Shown: in pieces, positions 19,159 through 28,274 of the stretch
Layout of the letters: every line of letters begins with the position of its first letter
How positions within the stretch are numbered: position 1 is the first letter of the stretch
NCBI GenBank assembly: GCA_965657355.1
Contig: CBFHOE010000007.1
Span: 96,001 to 160,000 of the forward strand
Reading direction: 5' to 3'
Length of the DNA stretch: 64,000 nucleotides
From: Limisphaerales bacterium
GTDB taxonomy: Bacteria > Verrucomicrobiota > Verrucomicrobiia > Limisphaerales > JAJOIW01
Program-made: the position numbers and the translations under genes
Notes under the pieces: generated by a model
What the model was told of the DNA's origin: nothing
The model's database searches: none
Seen by the model: only the letters and a program-made list of their open reading frames with translations

Positions 19159-19869
19159 TCAGCCTTTTTTGAGCCTAGTCTCGACAAAGGATGCTCCCCT
19201 CTTTGCCATAATCGGGAATAACCCGAGTAGGACAAACCCGATAATCATGGAAGGTGATAAGATTTCTGAAGTTCCCTTTTCTGCAAGTTCCTTTAGGCTG
19301 GGCACTCCTGCTCCAGCTAATACTATGATAGCTGTGGCTGGAAACATTCCCAACTGACTAACCCACCAGAATGTCCAAATTTTTATTTTTGAAATCCCCA
19401 TCAGCAAGTTTATGACGAAAAATGGAATGAGAGGTATAATGCGCATACTGAAAAGATAATAAGATCCCTCTTGGTTAAATTTCTCTTGAACAAATTGGGC
19501 CTTGTCACTGAATTTCCTCTCTACCATCCCTTTTAAAATATAACGACTGAGAAGAAATGCTGCAGTAGCCCCTGTTGTCGAGCCAAAACTTACAATAAGA
19601 AGAGCTAACCAAAACTTGAAATACCATCCATAGACCAACGTAAGAATCAGAGCTCCAGGCAGAGATAACCCAGTGAGTAGGCTATAAAGGAAGTAGGCAA
19701 AAAAAGGAATCCAAACCCCATACTTGGTTTTTAATGCCATAATATGAGATTCCTTCTCAGCCAATAAATTGAGATCCAATAAGTGCCCGAACCTCCACAA
19801 AATAAAAGTAACGAGCGAAAATAAAATGAAAATGACGGAAACCTTTCTAATATTCATAGACTGCATCAA
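19159..19869 (-). CDS. TVP38/TMEM64 (DedA/SNARE-associated, YdjX-like) membrane protein
   Basis: SLPGALILTL-G, STTGATAAFLLSRY, MRIIPLIPFFVIN, SQLGMFP. Confidence 0.9.
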   Translation of the reverse strand: MMQSMNIRKVSVIFILFSLVTFILWRFGHLLDLNLLAEKESHIMALKTKYGVWIPFFAYFLYSLLTGLSLPGALILTLVYGWYFKFWLALLIVSFGSTTGATAAFLLSRYILKGMVERKFSDKAQFVQEKFNQEGSYYLFSMRIIPLIPFFVINLLMGISKIKIWTFWWVSQLGMFPATAIIVLAGAGVPSLKELAEKGTSEILSPSMIIGFVLLGLFPIMAKRGASFVETRLKKG

Positions 19870-20122
19870 AAAAACCCACTGATCATTAAGAATCTATTTT
19901 AACCTTCATTTCAAGAAATCCATTTTCCTTTGTTTTTTGATAGGCTGCAGGATTCACATTCCAATGATTCAAGCCCGATTTCGTCTTGCCAGCCAAAACA
20001 AGCTATGCCCTATTACAGGACACTTAGACATTGAATTTCAACAGATCTAGCAAAAAAATCAGAAATCGGCTGATTATTACCAGTCGCCATTCCAAGAAAT
20101 TTTCTGGGGGATATTGGAATGA

Positions 20123-20145
20123 AAATTGTTGTAATACAACAATTT
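20123..20145. promoter_or_regulatory. Perfect 23-bp palindrome, candidate GntR/FadR-type operator
   Basis: AAATTGTTGTA-A-TACAACAATTT in a divergent intergenic region. Confidence 0.5.
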
Positions 20146-20343
20146 AGGAAGAAACCAACTAGTAAAAACAGGCCACCCAAGCTCAATATACAAGCACAAC
20201 CAAGCATCCAAAAAATTAAAAATCGTCCCAAAATTGGAATTACTCGCTAAGTTTTAGCCAAATAAGTCGATGCAAGGAAGTAGATCGTGAGAAGAGTGGT
20301 TTAAAGCCATTCAAATTCAAATTCAAATTAATAAAGCCAGAAA

Positions 20344-20598
20344 ATGACGAACCGAAACAATATAGATCTGGATTACTTACTCAACAATCGCGTGCCGAAG
20401 AAAATGGAAACTGTAAAAGAACGCAGTAAAAGGCACTTTTATGGCCAAGATTGCCTACTTCCCAATAGAATGGACATTTTAACTTGGACAATTGTTTTTT
20501 TAGGAATAATCTTGGGATGTTGTTTATTAAATTCTGAAACTTTGAATTCAACAAATATTAAATTCGAGAGAAACATCGCGGCTGAAGAGAGTGTCTAA
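20344..20598 (+). CDS. Small hypothetical membrane protein
   Basis: 84-aa ORF with one hydrophobic segment, followed by a terminator; no recognised family. Confidence 0.4.
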   Translation: MTNRNNIDLDYLLNNRVPKKMETVKERSKRHFYGQDCLLPNRMDILTWTIVFLGIILGCCLLNSETLNSTNIKFERNIAAEESV

Positions 20599-20674
20599 TG
20601 TTTATTGCCAGTTTAAATTTCTTCCAGTTCGATTAAAGTAATCTCCAACCAACTATATCGAACAAGATTCAACT

Positions 20675-20709
20675 AAATCAGCCTGCTTTACAGCAGGCTG
20701 ATTTTCTTT
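20675..20709 (+). terminator. Intrinsic terminator
   Basis: AAATCAGCCTGCT-TTAC-AGCAGGCTGATTT followed by TCTTT. Confidence 0.7.
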
Positions 20710-20734
20710 ATTTTGGGAGGAGATAAAACCTTAA

Positions 20735-22804
20735 GTGATAAGATATTTCTATAATATATGGATTTTATTCGTAATGTGCTTCCCAGAATACGCTGGGGCA
20801 CAGTTGGACCATGCGGTCCTCGGGAACTCCTTAAGCGTTGAGAAATTAAAAATAAGCGAGTTTGAAATAGAAAACATAAAAATAGAACAGGACACAGAAT
20901 TAGGCTCAACTATTCTTTATTTTTCAGACTCCGTTTTTCAAATGGCCAATGTTATTTCCGGGATTATAAATGGGCACTCGAAATCATATCGTTCCAAAGA
21001 TTCTGAAATATCAATATCAGGCGATATCATACTAAAAGCATTGCCAGAAAAATTCACAAACCCGACGAGCTTCTGGCTCTCTGTAAAAAAACACACCGGA
21101 GAAAGTCACGCACAAGGTGTCCTGAAAGCCAACGAAACCAGCAAAATTAAAGGGAAGCCCATGCTCGAAATTCAATTTTCAGCGACTTCAAAACACCCAG
21201 GAGAAATTAGCGCAAAGGGCATGATAATAAGCCGAAGAATTCCTTTGATAAAAACCATGCCCGGCATTGAGAAGCTGGCTTATTCTCTTCAGGTTATTGA
21301 CAGAGAACTGGTCATCAATTTGTCACCCGTGCCAAAAGAAAGTTTTGATGCTTTACCTTTTTTTTCAAACCTAAAAATAAGGGTAAATCCTTTTACCCCG
21401 CTGACGTGGGCTGCAATGGAGAGTCAGAAAATTAATTTTGAAATTAATTTTGATGAATTGAATCTGGACGAGATTGGCTACATCCAAAGGTTAGATCTTG
21501 CTTTTGAAGCAAACAGCATAGAAACAATAAATCAATTTCGTCCTCAAAATAATGACCTCTCTTACTTACTTAAGAAGCTATTAAATTTGGATGATTCTCT
21601 CGATATGCCTCGAATTTCAATTCGATCAAGAGATGGTTTTTTATACTCTCCATTTATTAGTTATGAAACACTGAGTGCTGAATTCTCCCCCTCTAAATCG
21701 CTTCTGGTTGAAACCGAAGGCTTTAGATACAACTCCGAAGAATTTGGAAAAGTCTCTTTATCTATTCTAAATGAAGGTTTTGAATCCTCTAAAATCGAAA
21801 TATTTACTCAAAGCGACAATTCTCGTATCCACTTGAGTTCGCCAATACAATTTGGTCATCGTACAAATCAAAATCACGAGTCGTTCATTTTATCAAACGT
21901 ATCGAGTTCATTGACGCTGGAGAACTCTGAGCTTTTGAACATTATACCATCAACCCTTCCAATTAATAAGGTGAGCGGCAATTTAAACTCAAAAGGAAAG
22001 ATTGCATTCAACTTAGAGAACAATAAGCCTTCAGTTACCATAATGGAATTGGATATTTCTCTCCTTTTCGAGTCCATTTATATGGAAGCACTTGGTCTGT
22101 CATTTCTCAATGTTCGTTCCGAGGGTAAACTGGACATGCTTAATAAAAATCACTTTAGGATTAATGGAAGCACTCACATGAGTGAAGCTTCAATCTCCGA
22201 TGTCGTCCTCAAAGACTCTGAAATTGAAATATACCATAACGAAAAAGGTCCGTTCATGACTCTTAGAAAAAGTCATCTTTTTGATGGACGAATAGATTCT
22301 TCTCCTATTTTTCTTGGTAATCTACCTGACAAACTCGCTTTTCACTTAAATATAAACGAACTTAATTCTGGAAAAGTTGCTAATTTAGTAAAAAGTTTCG
22401 AAGGCAATTTGAAGGCCAAAATTGACGGTCAATTAGCAGCCATAATAGAAGACAATCAGATCAAGTTTCAATATGGTGCTTTTAGATTGAATAATTCTGT
22501 CACCCCAAGACTCGAATGGATAACCGATGGTTTATTGACAGGTGGCATGCTTCCTAGAGGATTTGCCTACAGAAAGATGAAAAAAACTGAAGACGCTATT
22601 AGCAATTTGTCTCTCAATAAACTTAATATTTTAATTTCTTCAATGAATATTGAAGAATCTTTGATACAAGTTAACATCCATGGCAATCCAGTTGATCGAA
22701 AGATAAAAAACCCTGTGATATTAGATTTTAATTTTGCTGGCAATTGGCAAAAATTAGCCGACTATTTCCTGCCTGGATCCGAAATATCCGTTAATCAAGA
22801 ATGA
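20735..22804 (+). CDS. YdbH-like (AsmA-superfamily) intermembrane lipid-transport protein
   Basis: N-terminal hydrophobic segment, long amphipathic beta pattern, C-terminal LFDGRI/IDGQL/G.P.....PVILDFNF.G; context upstream of ynbE-like and ydbL-like genes. Confidence 0.65.
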   Translation: MIRYFYNIWILFVMCFPEYAGAQLDHAVLGNSLSVEKLKISEFEIENIKIEQDTELGSTILYFSDSVFQMANVISGIINGHSKSYRSKDSEISISGDIILKALPEKFTNPTSFWLSVKKHTGESHAQGVLKANETSKIKGKPMLEIQFSATSKHPGEISAKGMIISRRIPLIKTMPGIEKLAYSLQVIDRELVINLSPVPKESFDALPFFSNLKIRVNPFTPLTWAAMESQKINFEINFDELNLDEIGYIQRLDLAFEANSIETINQFRPQNNDLSYLLKKLLNLDDSLDMPRISIRSRDGFLYSPFISYETLSAEFSPSKSLLVETEGFRYNSEEFGKVSLSILNEGFESSKIEIFTQSDNSRIHLSSPIQFGHRTNQNHESFILSNVSSSLTLENSELLNIIPSTLPINKVSGNLNSKGKIAFNLENNKPSVTIMELDISLLFESIYMEALGLSFLNVRSEGKLDMLNKNHFRINGSTHMSEASISDVVLKDSEIEIYHNEKGPFMTLRKSHLFDGRIDSSPIFLGNLPDKLAFHLNINELNSGKVANLVKSFEGNLKAKIDGQLAAIIEDNQIKFQYGAFRLNNSVTPRLEWITDGLLTGGMLPRGFAYRKMKKTEDAISNLSLNKLNILISSMNIEESLIQVNIHGNPVDRKIKNPVILDFNFAGNWQKLADYFLPGSEISVNQE

Positions 22805-22814
22805 ACATAAAGCT

Positions 22815-23009
22815 ATGATTAATTTTATTTTTTCACTACTCCTATTGGCTTTCCTAGCATGCCTTACCGGTTGCGTTTCAATCAAATTGGACCCTATCCA
22901 TGTTACTATAGATCATACAATTAGAATCGAGAAAGAGGTTGAGGACTTCTTTAGCGATCTCGATGACGCCTCGACACTTACCATTGAAAACAACAACAAC
23001 AATGAATAA
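22815..23009 (+). CDS. YnbE-like lipoprotein
   Basis: Lipobox LTG|C followed by PIHVTIDHTIRIEKEVEDFF. Confidence 0.75.
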   Translation: MINFIFSLLLLAFLACLTGCVSIKLDPIHVTIDHTIRIEKEVEDFFSDLDDASTLTIENNNNNE

Positions 23010-23478
23010 TATATCGAAATACGTGACTTCGACCATGACGAAAAAGCTTAATTTTCAATGCCTAATGCTGCTTATGGCAGTACTTGTATTTGCGCCAAAT
23101 CTTACAGCTCAATCACAAAAAATTACCTCCAAATACAATGACAGTTACTCCGAAAAAGAAATCCTCATAAAAAAGAGGATGCTTAAGAGGTTAAAGGAGA
23201 TCGATAAATTAAAACTTAAAAGCATCATCGGTGAAAACAATAAAGGATACTTACAAGCCACACCTCCATTTGCAAAAAAGCTTACAAAGAAGCAGACCAC
23301 TCTAGTCAAAGACGAGAACAAAGACAGAAAAGAAATTTATCAAATCATATCGAAACGCACTGGATCCCATACGACACTGCAGAAAGTTCAAGCTATAAGA
23401 GCCGAAATGATTCGCAAGAAATCAAAAAAGAGTCTCTGGCTACAGGATGTAAAAGGTAAGTGGTTCAGAAAAAAATAA
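23002..23478 (+). CDS. YdbL family (DUF1318) protein
   Basis: IGENNKGYL, LVKDENKDRKEIYQII, WLQD..GKW; ATG 23002 overlaps the upstream stop. Confidence 0.8.
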   Translation: MNNISKYVTSTMTKKLNFQCLMLLMAVLVFAPNLTAQSQKITSKYNDSYSEKEILIKKRMLKRLKEIDKLKLKSIIGENNKGYLQATPPFAKKLTKKQTTLVKDENKDRKEIYQIISKRTGSHTTLQKVQAIRAEMIRKKSKKSLWLQDVKGKWFRKK

Positions 23479-23764
23479 AACCTAACATATATCTGATTGG
23501 CTTGCTAGTCACCCGCTTTACAGAAACGACATCACATGACTAGAAAGTAGGATGGCTTTTAGCTAAATAAACTCGCACATATGCTTGTTTTTAAATATCA
23601 AATTTTTGGGCTCAATCGGAATTATGTGAGAATAATTACTCCAAAGAATTCGTATCAAAGAGTTCTTATTATCTAGTCCTCTCGTGCCAATTTTACACTC
23701 ATAGCTTTTGGGATCCTCTGGACTACGTGACTACAGATGGCCTCATTATTCGTTTGGTCGTCAA

Positions 23765-25018
23765 TCAATTATTGAGGCGGTTGGTGTAGTAAGCCAGTCT
23801 TTGATCTTTTGTCATCTTACCGAAATCTGGAAGACCATCCGTCTTTTTGGGCCAATTGTGATTCGAGTCGTTGTCGCCAATCATGGCTTGCTTTTTGTAG
23901 CCAGGCTCTTTCAATACAGTAATTTTTGACTTGGACACATTTGTAGAATCGTATGACATAGCTTGGTTGGTTATGGTCAAATCCTCGTCCAATGGCCTAT
24001 GGGGCCTAATATTTTTTTTCTCAAGTACTGAATGGTATGCACAGACAGCTTCTTCTGCCTTAATTTGGCCATCTGCAATAAGCCTTAAAAATTTTATGAA
24101 TGCCAACTGGTGTTCAGCGTTATTAATTTTTCTGCCATACAGTGCGACCCTAGCTCCATGCTTTCTAGCATCCTGGAGCATTTTAAAGGCATCAAGTGTC
24201 GTTCCTGCGCTGCCGCCTAAAATACCAACAATAAGACTGGGATCATATTGACAAAGCTCTTCCATTGCACGAGGCCCGTGATAAACAATCTTCAAAAAAT
24301 CAGGGCGCCCAGCGTCTGTTACCCCTGCGAGAGTCCTTAAAATCGAGTCGTTAATAAATTCACCCATCTTCTCGGGGGCAACGCCGCTATTAATGTTGGG
24401 ATCAAAGACCTCTAGAAAGTATCTAAATTTCTTTCTTTCAGCCTCCTCTCTGAAACATTTAAAGCTATGTAAGGTTTTCCAATCCTGATCCAAGTCATTC
24501 AAGAAAGTGACTGAGTATAAGCCCAAGTTGGCACCGGGAATGGAAGTCACATCTGTTGTATTACATTCGGATTCCCCACATTGTATGTGATCAATTGAAG
24601 CTGATCGAAATGGTCTTGCCGGCTCGCCAAGGTACCTTCCATGACGAACAGCCCAAACGTCAGTGGCGTCATTAGCTCTTGCTGCTGGGGTTATTGGAGA
24701 TTGGTTAAAAAGCCCCTCTTTGATGGTCAGCTGTTCATTAACAGAAGCCGACATTAGGACAATGTCAACAACTTCTTGGTGTATGACCTCTCGGATAATA
24801 TCCAAGTATTCCGGAAGATTTCGATAACCGAATTCGCCCCTGGTCCAGACCTCTGGAGAAAATATAGCTTTTCTTTCTCCTTTCGTGGAAAGGTAAGAAC
24901 GCTTTCCAGTAGCAGAAACACCAAAAGCCATATCGGCATCCTTGGCGTCCGCAAGTATAAAGCAGTCTGATTGTGGATTCTCCTTGAGTTTCCTCAGTTT
25001 TTCATCAAGGGATTTCAT
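23765..25018 (-). CDS. Uncharacterised TIM-barrel protein, class I aldolase-like (DhnA/LacD-like), last gene of the BMC operon
   Basis: FLEVF (E203), PDFLKI (K243), GILGG, LYGRKI in class I aldolase order; starts 47 bp after the class II aldolase stop. Confidence 0.65.
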   Translation of the reverse strand: MKSLDEKLRKLKENPQSDCFILADAKDADMAFGVSATGKRSYLSTKGERKAIFSPEVWTRGEFGYRNLPEYLDIIREVIHQEVVDIVLMSASVNEQLTIKEGLFNQSPITPAARANDATDVWAVRHGRYLGEPARPFRSASIDHIQCGESECNTTDVTSIPGANLGLYSVTFLNDLDQDWKTLHSFKCFREEAERKKFRYFLEVFDPNINSGVAPEKMGEFINDSILRTLAGVTDAGRPDFLKIVYHGPRAMEELCQYDPSLIVGILGGSAGTTLDAFKMLQDARKHGARVALYGRKINNAEHQLAFIKFLRLIADGQIKAEEAVCAYHSVLEKKNIRPHRPLDEDLTITNQAMSYDSTNVSKSKITVLKEPGYKKQAMIGDNDSNHNWPKKTDGLPDFGKMTKDQRLAYYTNRLNN

Positions 25019-25065
25019 TCCACAATCCTCAATTATTTAAATTGGCAAAAGTAATGAGAAATTGA

Positions 25066-26196
25066 CTACTGGCTAGAAAGGATTTGATCAGTAATAGTTT
25101 GGACAAGTTTTTCCAATTCAGGATCAGTGGATGTCCCATTTTGGTCTTGCTGAGCATCTGTTTGCTGATTGTTTGCAGGTGTGGCACAAACAACACCTGG
25201 TGACCACTCACTGTTGTCACAAAGCTCACATTCTTTCAAATTTTGACGAGGATCAGGGATTCCCAAACCTTGTTTGATATTTAATAAATCCTTGAGATGT
25301 GATGGTGAGAAAGTTTCCATTTTTGTGCCAAGTTGCGAAGCTACCCAGACCGTTCTACAGTATGCTTCTACGATCTCCATTTTAAAATATGCATCCTCGA
25401 CATTTAAATGACTCCAGCTCACAACCCCGTGATTGGCCATTAAAACAGTGTTATGATCCTGCACAAGATCAGAAACGAGCTTTCCCATTTCGGGAGTACC
25501 AGGAGTTCTATAAGGAGCTATGGGAACTTTCCCGATGAAAACTTCGATTTCGGGAATCATACAAGTGGGCGGCTCAACACCAGCAACAGCAAAAGCAGTC
25601 GAATGAGGGGGATGGCAATGAACGGTCGCCTTGGCTTTAGGCTGTTTTTTCATAATTTGAAGGTGCATCAAGATTTCACTAGTCCTCTTCTTCTTACCAG
25701 CTACCTGATTCCCATCCAAATCAACCAAACATAAATCTTCCGGTTTCATAAACCCCTTTGAAACAAGTGTCGGGGTACAAAGGGCCAAGTCATTACCCAC
25801 CCTAATAGCAATGTTACCACCATTACCGTCAACGTAAGCTCTGGACCATAAGCGACGCCCAACATCACAAATTTGTTCTTTGAGCTCATGCATCTGTGGA
25901 GAATTGAAGAACTCCTCTAATTTATCTGGCGGACTATCTTTGGTAAAATGGATAAAATCTTTACCAAGATTTTCCAATCCGGGAATGGAGGACTTTTTGG
26001 TCGCTGGTGCCGATGAGGCCTGGCATCCGGATGATCCACCGATTTTATGAGGTCTCTCTGAGGGCAATTCTAGATTGTGATCCCTGAGCACGTCTCGAGC
26101 CGACGGCGTTAAAATAGCGTCAGAGGAAATACCACTGACTCCTTGCCCAGATTTTAAAATACTTAGAATGTCGTTTGAACTTAATACCTGTTTCAT
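25066..26196 (-). CDS. Class II aldolase (fuculose/rhamnulose-1-phosphate aldolase-like, PvmN-like) with encapsulation peptide
   Basis: GNGGNIAIR, TPT, TSEILMH, HCHPPH, LMANHG; C-terminal DPELEKLVQTITDQIL helix. Confidence 0.9.
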   Translation of the reverse strand: MKQVLSSNDILSILKSGQGVSGISSDAILTPSARDVLRDHNLELPSERPHKIGGSSGCQASSAPATKKSSIPGLENLGKDFIHFTKDSPPDKLEEFFNSPQMHELKEQICDVGRRLWSRAYVDGNGGNIAIRVGNDLALCTPTLVSKGFMKPEDLCLVDLDGNQVAGKKKRTSEILMHLQIMKKQPKAKATVHCHPPHSTAFAVAGVEPPTCMIPEIEVFIGKVPIAPYRTPGTPEMGKLVSDLVQDHNTVLMANHGVVSWSHLNVEDAYFKMEIVEAYCRTVWVASQLGTKMETFSPSHLKDLLNIKQGLGIPDPRQNLKECELCDNSEWSPGVVCATPANNQQTDAQQDQNGTSTDPELEKLVQTITDQILSSQ

Positions 26197-26492
26197 TCTT
26201 TTGGTGAGTAAAAAACTTTATCTATGAGTGCTGCATTGATGGCATCAATTGGCGGGGGGTTTTTGAAAGCTGAAGCCGCTTCACGTCCTTCTATGTAACC
26301 AATTATTTCGTCAACTGAACCTCCGATATTGTCATATACGACGAGGGATGGCTCCGGACTTAAACCGGATTGCTCCAACCCTTCATTATACTGTTCTTTT
26401 GAACAAGGACTGACAATTAACCACCTAGCACCTTCAAGGCCGTTAGTTGTCGCGGACAAAGTGACGCGCCCAATGACTTTACCTAGTTTCAA
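26193..26492 (-). CDS. BMC-P shell vertex protein (EutN/CcmL family)
   Basis: MKLGKVIGRV, VVYDNIGG, GREA, PIDAINAALID; TTG start. Confidence 0.9.
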   Translation of the reverse strand: MKLGKVIGRVTLSATTNGLEGARWLIVSPCSKEQYNEGLEQSGLSPEPSLVVYDNIGGSVDEIIGYIEGREAASAFKNPPPIDAINAALIDKVFYSPKE

Positions 26493-26494
26493 AT

Positions 26495-26788
26495 TTAGTT
26501 TCCGTTGTCAGTTTTACTTTCAAATATTTTAGGGTCATCAACAATCCCGAGGATCATCATCCTCGCTGGGCTGAAATTATCTCCTACAGCCTTCCGTGCG
26601 GCAATGCCGTCCGATGTTATAATGACCTTTTGATGCATACCTGCACCGTGAGAATCCAAAGCAATCAAAGGCACGCCTTCGGCGTCGCCCAATGCATTCA
26701 AGGGTTGACATATTACGAGCCTCCATCCCTCAAAACTGGGATGTTTCCTCGTCGATATGACACTTCCTTCAACGCGTGCATATTGCAT
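26495..26788 (-). CDS. BMC-P shell vertex protein (EutN/CcmL family)
   Basis: ARVEGSVISTRKH, ALDSHGAG, ILGIVD. Confidence 0.92.
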   Translation of the reverse strand: MQYARVEGSVISTRKHPSFEGWRLVICQPLNALGDAEGVPLIALDSHGAGMHQKVIITSDGIAARKAVGDNFSPARMMILGIVDDPKIFESKTDNGN

Positions 26789-26796
26789 TGATACGA

Positions 26797-28227
26797 TTAA
26801 TAAATTCTTAAGTTATCTACCATGACGCATCGCCTTACTCTTGTGAACGTCTTTGGATTTGTTATCCCTTCACCTGTCGGGGTGGCTATCGAATAGCTAA
26901 GATAACCCTCACCACCCAATCCAAGTCCCGCTCCGCAAGGCCCATTCTTTACAAACAGGGTCGTGTCTAATGCACGCCCCATTTTGGTCATGGCATTAAC
27001 ATCATGAGAATGAATAATGGATGTGTGCCTGTAGTTATGTTCAGCCTGTTTTGAAAGTTTGACCCCTTCGTCAACGTCTTTGACTCGAACAACTGGAACG
27101 CAGGGCATCATCTGCTCCTCTTGAACATAAGCATGTGAAGCATCGCATTCTCCAAAAAGCATCTCAGTGCAGCCTGGGACGTTGACGCCGGCCATTTCTG
27201 CCAGAACTGTGGCATCTTTACCTATGCAGTCTTTGTTGACCACAGGGTCCGGACATCCTGCACCCTCACCCTCTTTGAATTTGAACGCAACTTTGGTCAT
27301 GGCATCAAATTGCTTATCATTAAGGTGGAAAGCACCAGCTTTTTTGAAGGCATCAATGAATTTGCTATAAATCTTATCGACGACAAATATTTCTTTTTCG
27401 CCAATGCATAGAAGGTTGTTGTCGTAAGCACCTCCTTTGATAATCGATTCGGCGGCTTTATTTAAATCGGCGGTCTCATCAATGAGAACGGGAGGATTTC
27501 CCGGACCGGCACAAATTGCCCTTTTACCCGTCTGCATTGCTGCTTTGACAACACCAGGCCCACCAGTCACACAAAGCAAGCGAACCAGCTCATGACCACA
27601 CATCTCTTTGAAAGAGTCCAAGGTTGGTTTTTCAATTATGGTGACAAGATTGGAAATTCCAATTTCATGAAAAATTGCTTTATTGAACTCTCTAACAGCC
27701 ATGGCTGCAACCTCACCGGCTGCAGGGTGAGCATTGAATACAACTGCATTACCAGCTGCCACCATGTTGACTATGTTTCCTGCGATAGTAGGAACAGAAT
27801 GAGTAGACGGAGTAACGGCGCCAACGACACCAAAAGGTGTATATTCTTCCAATGTAATGCCGTTATCCCCACTAAGAGCATATGGGCTTAGAAATTCAAC
27901 ACCAGGAACATGCTTTATGATCTGTAACTTTTCTATTTTATGATCAAGTCTGCCAATTTTGGATTCCTGTAATTCTTGTTTCCCCCAGTCTTCCGCATTG
28001 GCTTCGCACATTCCTTTTACGATTTCAATGACTTTGCGACGAGCTTCCACTCCTTTTTCTTGAAGTTGAAGGAATGAATCGTGTGCTGCCTGTGCAGCAA
28101 GGTCCGCAGTTTCGAAGACCCCAAAGTTTCCGGCTTGTGATTGTCCAGAGTTGATCTGAAATTGGGAGGAAGTGTTGAGGTTTCTGAGCACCTCATTGAC
28201 GACTTCTCGAATCAAAGTTTCATTCAT
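26797..28227 (-). CDS. CoA-acylating aldehyde dehydrogenase (EutE/PduP-like) with N-terminal encapsulation peptide
   Basis: MNETLIREVVNEVLRNL; PFGVVGAVTPST, TGGPGVV, GPGNPP, DNNLLCIGEKE, EQMMP, TPTGEG. Confidence 0.93.
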   Translation of the reverse strand: MNETLIREVVNEVLRNLNTSSQFQINSGQSQAGNFGVFETADLAAQAAHDSFLQLQEKGVEARRKVIEIVKGMCEANAEDWGKQELQESKIGRLDHKIEKLQIIKHVPGVEFLSPYALSGDNGITLEEYTPFGVVGAVTPSTHSVPTIAGNIVNMVAAGNAVVFNAHPAAGEVAAMAVREFNKAIFHEIGISNLVTIIEKPTLDSFKEMCGHELVRLLCVTGGPGVVKAAMQTGKRAICAGPGNPPVLIDETADLNKAAESIIKGGAYDNNLLCIGEKEIFVVDKIYSKFIDAFKKAGAFHLNDKQFDAMTKVAFKFKEGEGAGCPDPVVNKDCIGKDATVLAEMAGVNVPGCTEMLFGECDASHAYVQEEQMMPCVPVVRVKDVDEGVKLSKQAEHNYRHTSIIHSHDVNAMTKMGRALDTTLFVKNGPCGAGLGLGGEGYLSYSIATPTGEGITNPKTFTRVRRCVMVDNLRIY

Positions 28228-28274
28228 TTTTTTCTGATGCTAATTTTTGCTTACTACACCAAACTTCCTAAACT

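Noticed and set aside
20013..20231. 72-aa hydrophobic minus-strand ORF
   Set aside because: TTG start, no family resemblance, spans the operator-like palindrome; probably spurious
22987..23003. (AAC)n run as a phase-variation tract
   Set aside because: Short in-frame trinucleotide run encoding poly-Asn; slippage would not shift frame
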